DNA from: the human T2T-CHM13v2.0 reference genome, Homo sapiens
Reading direction: 5' to 3' (one strand)
Assembly (NCBI RefSeq): GCF_009914755.1
Contig: NC_060925.1
Length of the DNA stretch: 64,000 bases
The position numbers and the translations under genes were made by a program. Numbering within the stretch: the first letter of the stretch is position 1; the number at the start of each line of letters is the position of its first letter. Below are positions 53,961 through 64,000 of this stretch, piece by piece. The notes under the pieces are model-generated. The model ran no database searches and had not been told where the DNA came from. It worked only from the letters and a program-made list of their open reading frames with translations.

Positions 53961-55688
53961 ACTACTCAATAAAAAATGACACTCTAACAGTTCATAAATT
54001 AATTATGTTCAGAGGTGGATGCATAATTCTTAGTGACATCAATGTAAATTGTCTAGGTCAATTAAATATTGAAATCAATAATGTTTAAAACTGTCCTTTT
54101 TATCTTTTATCTCTGTAACAAAACGAGAGATAAACACCTTTAATACAGAGGCAAAATAAGATTCAGAAATTTTTAAAAGTTAATTTTGAGAAATGGCTCC
54201 CTTTTAAGAAATGCCTCACCAAAATAAATACACAAACTACAATATCTGATATTTCCAGAAATAAAGTTCTGCTTCCTTTATGAAAATTCTTATCATAAGT
54301 CTGGGGTTTAAGCTTTCCAATAAAAAATAGACTTGGACTCTGTGACTTACAATTTTAATGTATCTGTAAGCTGGGACTATAGAGGGTTTGTTTCAATACA
54401 AACTGATTCTGAATACTTGATTTCTTCAGTAATCATGTATTTGATTGCCCATAGAAGAACAAGATTTCTCAAACAAGATACATTATTATTATGTCTAGAC
54501 TACCAACAACACCCTGAGGAGATCCGTGTTTTCACATATGCAAAGCTTTGGAATAAATTCCTATTGTCAAAATAAATAAAAATAACTCAGTAATTGGTTT
54601 TTAATTAAGTATCCATGTATATCATTATTAATTTTATACATTCAGTACAAATGAAGCTGTCTCAATATAAAAGAAATTACTAGTGGGTAGTAATTATAAG
54701 CCTACTATACTTATATTTTAAGTTCATGACTAATACTCAAAATACTAATAAACAGATCCTCAAAAAGTAAAATTTGCCCTAAGAAATAACAGAAATACCT
54801 TTTCATTCTAGAGCTGTATGCACACCTGGCTTGTGTTTTAGAGTTTGTTTTTATTTCTTCACATAGCACCCCAAAAATAATAGCACCTGAGGAAACTCTG
54901 GGGTGATTTGCTCACTTCTAGAGTCTATTTCAACATCACCAAGCAAAGTTGGTTAATACTTAAAGACAAATGATAAGCAACATAGGAATCTTGTTTGTCT
55001 ATAAAATTATGTCAAATTAGATTTAACTTGGAAAAAAATGATAAGCCAAAAAAAAAAAGTCCATTCAGAAGAATATAAACTCAAAATCACAATCACGCCT
55101 ACTCTCTGCGTGTCGGGGCCCTGTGTCAGACACTGCATGCTAAGCCAATGTGTCCTCAAACAAGAGGTCTTCAGTCATCTGTCTAAGAATGACCCATGGA
55201 GAAAATCAAGAGAATCTAATTAGGCAACATTTAATTCCACTATGATAAATAACTTAAGCTGCATCTCTAAGAGAAGGTAATTATTGGCCCTTAGAGCTAA
55301 CAGCAGAATCAGTTAAAGGTTTTTAAATTCACAGCTAAACAAACATTGTAAAGATAAATAAAAGGATAAGAAAGATAAATTAATAATTATATTCCTGTTC
55401 TTCAATAACGGATTAATGACGTTCTACAGTATTATATGAAGATTTTTAAATTCCTTTTTACAGATAAATTAATAGAAATATAAGTACAAGAATAATTATA
55501 ATTAAGGGAAAATGAAAAGTTTCATATCCCTTAAAGTCCTAAAAGCTGTACACCACCACCAATGTGTTCACTAAATAATTTAATTACATTACATGCTATT
55601 TTAGCCAAGCCTCAGTTACATGGACAAATTATTCAAATCTTTTGCCCTACCTCTTACCTTCTAATAACAATTCTTTGAGAAGGTTACA

Positions 55689-55796
55689 AATCATCCTTAT
55701 CAAAATTGAAACATGAAACATTTTTATCAATGTTTATCAAGGTTTATAAATGTTTATCAATGTTTATCAATCATCCTTATCAAAATTGAAACATGA
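55689..55796. repeat. 28-bp direct repeats flanking five copies of a 10-mer
   Basis: AATCATCCTTATCAAAATTGAAACATGA at 55689-55716 and 55769-55796; TGTTTATCAA-like x5 at 55721-55770. Confidence 0.9.
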
Positions 55797-57244
55797 TTTT
55801 TTTAAGTGGAATCATATCAATTTGTTATTTATTAGCTACTCTAGTAAAATATTTGCTCTTAGTGAGAGATTGAACCTTGTGTCGTGACTAATTGCGGTTT
55901 GAGATTGATTATTGGTAGATGCCATTATTCATTATATCACTATGGTTAATAAAGGTAATTCATAGTTTTCTCTATTTTAAAGTACTATTTTTAAACATCT
56001 GTAAATGTCATAGAACTTCTTTGACCTCTACTCAAGGTTTCATATTGCATCACCCAAGATAACGATTTATTTAATCTTAAAGTGCTCCAAACGACAATGC
56101 ATTTAAAATACTAAGTTTTTTTTAGTTCTGCAGAATGACTCAATATAGACAATCTGCCTTGAAAATAATTGTTCAATTTAAAGATTTTTGCAAAAGGAGG
56201 CAATCATTTCAAGCCTCTTCAAAGTAAGCACGAGATTCCCAGTCCCCACTTTGAAGGCTGTAGTAGAAATAGATAGTTGGAAATGTAGCCAGTGATATTT
56301 TTCTATGTTAGGGATTGATATGAACAAACTGTCTTTTTATTTTTATGGCCCTTGGAGATATTTCTCTTCAGCTATAGAGAGCTTTGAACCCTGCCATAAT
56401 TGATCCATTTCTTCTACTTTCTAAGGAAAGCAAACATCAACAGAATTCTGCTTGTTACTCCAATAACCATGTATGTTTTTCAGGAGCAGCACTTGCTCCA
56501 ACATTCCTCTTAGATCTGTATGACACAGTGAACTGACTTCCTAACAAGCTGGCCTCTTAATTTCATCTTGCTCTGAAAGTAAAGGAATAATGAGCTCAGT
56601 GATGCTGAAGCAACACTCCCAGCCTCCAAGAAGAAAACCTTAGTGCCCATTCTGTCACCAGCCGACTGGGAGCAAGACTAATGAATTTCTGCCACAAAGA
56701 AGTGTTTGCTCCCATGTAAGACTAAGTCCTGATCTTTAAATTGTGACAACCCTGCCAAGCAGCATAGCAATCAGCTGATGAAAGGATATGTGTTTGTTTG
56801 GTTTTTGTTTTTGTTTTTCTAAATGCTCCATGTAGAGAGAATGAAAAGATTAGGAGAGCTGGAAATAACCATCCATTTCTCCCATCTATCTTGCCAGTTT
56901 TCTGACATGGCAGGGCTACATTTACTTTTACTTATTATTCCTTTTGCAGTCTTTCTTCTGGCCCCAACCATTACCCCAAGAGTCATCAGACACTTTCTAC
57001 TTTTCAGATCCAGTGGTTTCTTCTTAGTTCTTATCTGCCTCAGGCTCTGACATGTTTGACAATATATCTTTAAAAACCCCTCTTTTCTGTGGCTGCCCTC
57101 TCCTTGTTCTTTTCCCTTTCCTCTCATTCCTGCTCTACATTCATTCCCCAATAAGGGATTAGCACACAGGCTAATTCTTTGGGATGCAAAAATATTCTAC
57201 CTTCATGTAAATCAGTAGAGAGGATGGTATTTAAGAATCAAATA

Positions 57245-57968
<724 letters not shown>

Positions 57969-58276
57969 GTCACTTACTACAGGCACATTACTTTATTTCT
58001 CTGAGCCTCAGTTTCCCTCATCTGTGAATACTGATCATAATAATGTTACCATTTTTTAGGTTTGTTTGAGAGGATTCAACTAAATATTTTTAAAATATTT
58101 ATCACGTTCACAACACATTCACGTTTCAGTACAAAATACTATTATTATTATTTCTAATTTCAGTAGCCTTTGGTAGACAAAACTAAAGATCTAGCCAAAG
58201 AGTAATCAAATGACAGCTGGCTTTCAATTTGTTTGAATAAAATTAAAAATCAAGGAGCTAGAAAATACCTTTGCAT

Positions 58277-58465
58277 CCAGGGTCATCAAGTTATATCTGC
58301 AGAATAAATGCAGCCCGCCTCCTGTTTTTATAAATAGTCATTGGAACGGAGCCACGCCCATTCATTTATGTATTCTCCATGGCTGCCTTTGTTCCTTAAC
58401 AGCAGCATTGGGTAACTGTGAAAGAGACCGACCATGAAAAGAGAGCCTAATCAAATCTGGCCCCT
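58277..58465. mobile_element. MER58A-like hAT-Charlie
   Basis: cctcctgtttttataaat...ttggaacggagccacgcccattcatttatgtatt. Confidence 0.7.
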
Positions 58466-59484
58466 AATCTAGTCTAACCACTTCATTTTACTGATGAGAA
58501 AATTAAATACAATCATTTAATTCAGAATATTGCTAAGAAAATTTTCCAATATATCATCTTTGTTAGTTTACAGGAAGACGTATGTATATGCAGACTATTA
58601 ACTGATATAAATAAAACCTGCTTCATTCGTTTGTTTTGTTGTTTCTATGGCACAGTTATAGTTCCTGGGAGCCCCGCAGAACATGGTGTTTTATTCTGAC
58701 ACTATATATCTAGCACTTGCACTGTAAAAATTGAAGTAATTCCCATTAGGACCAGCAAAACCTGAGGCTAAAAAAAGACAGTAAAAGCTCATGCCAAAAG
58801 CTGAATTTTACTTAATATAAAGAAAGGTGGCAGTTTCCAATTTCAGTAGAAAGTAGGAGTGTCAAATTGCTACAGAAACTGCCATCCTCCAGAGACTGAC
58901 GACCCGAATGAACCCAGAGGCAATTTTTTATTCTCATGAGATGGCTTGCTTAGATATTTCTGGGAAGGAGCAGTAGGTCTTAGGAAAGGTTAGAATGTTG
59001 TTGTTTCCTGGTAACTACTTGCAGAGGTTGATAGGAGTCAATGAGACCAAACAAAAAGCAGGAATAGGGTGGGTCTGTGGCATTTAATCAGCGGCTATAG
59101 AGGATTTCAGTGGATTTTCCAGAAAGAGGAACATTTCATGGTTGAAGCTTTTATTTGCTTCTATTATTTCCACATTCTTCCCTAATGCAGTATGAATATC
59201 ACAAATAGAAGCCACTTCTAGGATTCCCATTAGTAAAGCTTAGCTTCAACTTAAAACTTCAAAAAGAGTTAGATACATGCCTTTTCTAGCAGAGGCATCA
59301 GACAGGCAGAGAAAAAGAAAATAGCATTTCCCTTTTGCGGAAACCAGTTCTGTTTTCTTCTCTCCTAAAAGGAGTGGCATTAACCCTAAATTGCACAAGA
59401 TGTTTAAAAGATGCAGAAATAACTAATAGTTTTTGCTCTCAGAGCCTTCATATGTGATCCCTATGGTGTTGTCCTACAATCACC

Positions 59485-59645
59485 TAATTCAGAATCACTA
59501 GGTGTGTTTGTTTAAAATGGAGATTTCTGGTCTCTGTACCAGGCATTGTGATTCAGGACTTATGTGTATCACAACCAGGCATATATATTTTCAACAAGTT
59601 TCCCATGTGATTCTAATGCATATGAGAGTTTCGGAACCATAGGTC
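59485..59645. mobile_element. MER5-like fragment
   Basis: cagaatcactagg...taaaatggagatttctgg...tgtgattctaatgca. Confidence 0.55.
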
Positions 59646-59660
59646 TACTGAAGAGGGAAC

Positions 59661-60283
59661 TGTTATGGGAAAGGAGTCCCGATTCAGATCCCAAGAGAGG
59701 GTTCTTGGATCTCACACAAGAAAGATTTCAAGGCGAGTCCACGGAGTACAGTGAAAGTAAGTTTATTAAGAAAGTAAGGGAATAAAGAATGGCGACACCA
59801 TAGGCAAAGCAGTGGCATGGGCTGCATATACTCATAGTTATCTCTTGATTATATGCTAAACAAAGGGTGGGTTATTCAGGAGTTTTCTGGGAAAGGGGTG
59901 GGCAATTCCCAGAACTGACGTCTCCTCCCCTTTTTAGACCATGTAGGGTAACTTCCTAACTTTGCTATGGCATTTGTAAACTGTCATGGTACTGGGGGGA
60001 GTGTCTATTAGCATGCAAATACATTATAATTAGCATAGGATGAGCAGTAAAGATGACCAGAGATCACTTTTGTCACCACCGGGATTTTAGTGGGTCTTGG
60101 TTAGCGTCTTTACAGCATCTTATTTTATCAGCAAGGTCTTTGTTACCTGTATTTTGTGCTGACTTCCTATCTCATCCTGTGACTAAGAATGCCTAACTTC
60201 CTGGCATGCAGCCCATTATGTCTGCCTTATTTTACACAGCTCCTATTCAAGATGGAGTTGCTCTAGTTCAAATGCCTCTGGCA
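59661..60283 (-). mobile_element. MER41 (MER41B-like) ERV1 solo LTR, 623 bp
   Basis: Reverse complement starts TGCCAGAGGCATTTGAACTAGAGCAACTCCATCTTGAATAGG; 4-bp TSD GAAC (59657-59660 and 60284-60287). Confidence 0.88.
59885..59914. promoter_or_regulatory. Tandem GAS (STAT1) motifs in MER41
   Basis: TTCTGGGAA 59885-59893 and TTCCCAGAA 59906-59914, both fitting TTCN3GAA. Confidence 0.7.
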
Positions 60284-60387
60284 GAACTAGCACTAAATTT
60301 TTTAGCTCTGCCACTGTCTAGCCCTGTGACTTTGAGCAATTTACTTAAAAATGAGTACAATCTGAGAGTTAGCCAACAAGATTAATA

Positions 60388-60673
<286 letters not shown>

Positions 60674-61544
60674 AAGATTAATAAATTTTGAGAATTAAGA
60701 GAGCAGAGCCCAAGGAGTGATAGTAGTGTGAGATATAATTACCTGGAAGATATTAGTACACCGAACGACAATGGCTAAATTGCTTGAAGGCAGGATTGTG
60801 CAGAAGGTACCATGCTTGACAACATTGCCTTAAAAAATAATGTATTCAAGACAAAATATTTTGATTTTATAAAATGTTAGCTATTCATGTTGTGTAGTCT
60901 CTTCCCTTTATCCTGTAAATTTGATAGGGTAGACTAAAGTCTAATACATATTTTCATGAGAATGAATAAAATCTCAGAAATAACCAATTCACCAGGGTTT
61001 CATGCTAGTCCTGCCTGCTCAATATATTCTGCACAATTAAAATGTCTTAGGGGCAGAGCTTGAGTTACCCCAGATGAGAAACCATCTAAACATTTGCATA
61101 TTGCTATAGACTAAATTAATGAATATTTTACTCTCACCAGGTGCTTCATAATCCTTCTCCTGCCTAAAAGCCATGAGATTACAAAGTCTAATTTCACCTT
61201 CTCTGCGGCTTTTATACCTTGTATATACAACACCCAAATCCCTCTGGTATTTTACTGACAAAATAAAAGGCAGCAAAAGAAGCTGTGATTGAAGTCACCA
61301 CTACTAGATAAATCCAAAACCTGTTCATTAGCAATTTTCTGCTAAACTACAGAGTTCAAAACTGGGCCTACACTCTTGATGCCATTATAGTTCCTGGGAC
61401 TAAGGAAATAAGTAGCCACTAAAATTAATATAGGTATGCTGGAAAGCAATACCTTCTCACATTCAGCTAAAAAAAATTGGTTAGAAGATAAATCTGAGCA
61501 TATTAATTATATATATAACATGTATTGATTATGTAACTGACCTT

Positions 61545-61750
61545 AAGTACCTTTAATACATCATCTCATTTAATCCTCACAACAATTCTATGAAGTAGGT
61601 ATTATTATCCCCATTTTACAAATGAGAAAAGTGGGAAAGAGCTTAAGGTTACAATGAATGTCACAGTACATGTGGTACTGAAAATCACCAGTCAGGTAGC
61701 CAGTCCAGTTTTACCTGCCTCCAAATAACACATTTCTAAGTATTACAACA
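61545..61750 (-). mobile_element. MIR
   Basis: tctcatttaatcctcacaacaattctatgaagtaggtattattatccccattttacaaatgag. Confidence 0.85.
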
Positions 61751-62115
61751 AAACAGACCTGACAGTTTTTATGTCTCTACCTCTATTAGAATTGTTTGAT
61801 TCTTGTTTGAATTGAATCAAATATCTCCATTAGACATTATTATCATTTTTCTTTACTAGGGATCATCCCGGTTGAAGGGACTGTATTTTTAAGGCATGTA
61901 GTCAGGAACTCAGCAAATATTTGTTGAATGAATAAATGAATACTTCAGTACTCAGAGGACTTGCTGGGTGCTTAAATCCCAAATTCTCTTCTTTTCAATA
62001 ACCAGCCATCAGCATTATTCTTATATCAGATGTTCATGTTAACAGTTCTTCACAGATTAATTTAGCATGATTAGTAATTACAGGAACATAGTTTGCAAAT
62101 TATTTACTTTTTGAG

Positions 62116-62887
62116 TGTGATGTTAAAGGGTAGTCCACAAGACTACCCCCACTTCTGACACCATTTCAAGTTTAGGATCTCTAAGACCATACTTAGGTTT
62201 AATAATGCACTAGAAAGACTCACAGAGCTCTCTGGATGCTGTTATACTTATGATGACAGTTTAGGATGCAGGTTAGGTTAGGCTGAAAGGCTTACATCCT
62301 GACTCTGACTAAAGAATCCTGTCGTGAGTTCCTCAAATCTTGTCGGGAGTTCCTCAAATTGTTGACATACTAATTAATACGTAACCTACTAACATCGAAA
62401 AGAACACTGATTTGTTTCTGAGTCATGAACTTTTACTGGTTGTCTTGCATGTAGAACATTTTAGCTTTTATGTTGTAATCTGTAGCCAATGATTATAACC
62501 TCCGTATTGCACCCCACAATGAAAAGGACAATTTTGGTGTGAGGAGTCCTCCTCCCTTCTTCTAAACTTTCCTGTAAAAGCCTTCCAACTGGTAGTGGAC
62601 TGTGGAATATGCCCAACTTTTTTGGTGTGTTTTCCCAGGTCAGTCCTCACAGTTGGCTTCCAACAAACTTTTGTCAAATTATTTCTGCCTCAGCAGCCTT
62701 AATTTTGGTTGACATGACTCAAAACTTCCATTATAAATTGCACTGTTAGGCTGTCTGGCACAGCCTAAATTCCCAAATAAGACACTCCTATCAGGTATGA
62801 CATTGCAAGAACATAGAGATTACCTCCCAGAAGCTGAGGGCAAAGGCCAGATCTCTCTTTGGAAAAGGTTAAATTCTTTATTCCACA
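62116..62887. mobile_element. MER21/MER77-like LTR with a second LTR (LTR47/MER72-like, ~62275-62714) nested inside
   Basis: cacaagactacccccacttctgacacc and caaaggccagatctctctttggaaaaggttaaattcttt flank a segment ending ttttggttgaca; family names uncertain. Confidence 0.55.
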
Positions 62888-63341
62888 AAGAATTTAAATA
62901 AGTCCAAGGTTTGTTTTTGTTTTTGTTTTTTTTTTTCCAAAAACACTCTTTTCACTTGTATTTTGATATACTTTCTGAAGTAGGAGATCTAGAGGTCCAA
63001 TTATAGCTACGGGGTCAGGATGTGAATGTGAACGTCATCTTCTTGGCATGCAGTTATTTCAGTGTCTCTACAAGTGTAAGCATAGATTAGCATCAAACTA
63101 CAGTAGAGACCAACCTGCAATTATAGCTAATTCATGTGACCAAATTAGGGAATCTAAATAAGGAGAAAGATTTTAGTGTCCTTATTTAGGATCCAGCCCA
63201 ATAACTAGACTCTGAAGCCAGGCCTATCCTGCACTGTTATCCCAAAAATCAGTCCTCTTCTTAATTCTACCATCTTTTCCTATAGTGCATTTCAGACTCC
63301 TTGCTATTCATTTTTTTTGACTACCAAAAGATAAATAAATG

Positions 63342-63632
63342 GACCAGGTTCAGTGGCTCACACCTGTAATCCCAGCACTTTGAGAGGCCAAGATGAGGCG
63401 ATCACCTGAGCCCAGAGATTTGAGACCAGCCTGGGAAACATAGGGAGACTCTGTCTCCAGAATTAGCTGGGCATGTTGGTGCCCACCTGTAGTCCCAGCT
63501 ACTTGGGAGGCTGAGACAGGAGGATTGCTTGATCTCAGAAGGTCAAGGCTACAGTGAGAGTGAGTCATGATAATGCCACTATACTCCAGGCTGAGCAATA
63601 GAATGAGAAACTGTCTCAAATAAATAAACAAA
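63342..63632 (+). mobile_element. AluJ-like with deleted middle A-rich linker
   Basis: gaggattgcttga...ggtcaaggctacagtgag J diagnostics; (AAAT)-type tail. Confidence 0.9.
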
Positions 63633-63680
63633 TAGATTATTTATCCATCTGGATCTCCAAGTTTCACTCCATTCTGTCTA

Positions 63681-64000
63681 GAGTTGATCTTTAAACAATG
63701 TGAGGTTAGGAGTGCTGACCTCCCACACAGTCAAAAATTCACATACAACTTTTGACTCCCCAAAAACTTAACTACTAATAGCTTACTGTTGACAGAAAGT
63801 CTTACTGATAACATGAACAGTTAACATATATTTTATATTTTCCATGTATTATATGTTGTATTCTTACAATAAAGTAAGCTAGAGAAAAGAAAATGTTATT
63901 AAGGAAATCATAAGGAAGAGAAAATACATTTACTGTTCATTAAGTGGATGTGGATCTTCATAAAGTCTTCATCCTCATCATCCTCATGTTGAGTAGCCTG
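63681..64000. mobile_element. Tigger2/Tigger2a-like DNA transposon (runs off the window)
   Basis: TA + gagttgatctttaaacaa (TIR CAGTTGACCCTTGAACAA-like), ttttgactccccaaaaacttaactactaatag. Confidence 0.75.

Overview
This is primate (most likely human or great-ape) non-coding genomic DNA, AT-rich and dominated by transposable elements. I find no credible host protein-coding exon, tRNA, rRNA or CRISPR array; the ORF track is mostly repeat-derived or chance. The centrepiece (30.0-39.9 kb) is a nested retroelement stack: an old L1MA carries a FLAM, a ~1.8 kb old-type SVA and, 39 bp further on, a 5.86 kb two-LTR HERV-H provirus with LTR7up-like LTRs, His-tRNA PBS and GCTAT TSD. About 2 kb of the host L1 ORF2 is missing exactly at the SVA site. 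Other notable items: an L1PA flanked by an 84-bp target-site duplication, a MER41 solo LTR with both STAT1/GAS motifs intact, a MADE1 hairpin split by an Alu, a diverged ~250-bp local duplication with a (CA)n tract in one copy only, a templated 10-mer array rich in FOX/GATA/ONECUT motifs, and several splice-site-bounded segments that could be lncRNA exons. Repeat subfamily names come from recalled consensus sequences, not from alignments. Boundaries of old repeats are approximate, and the chromosomal locus could not be identified.
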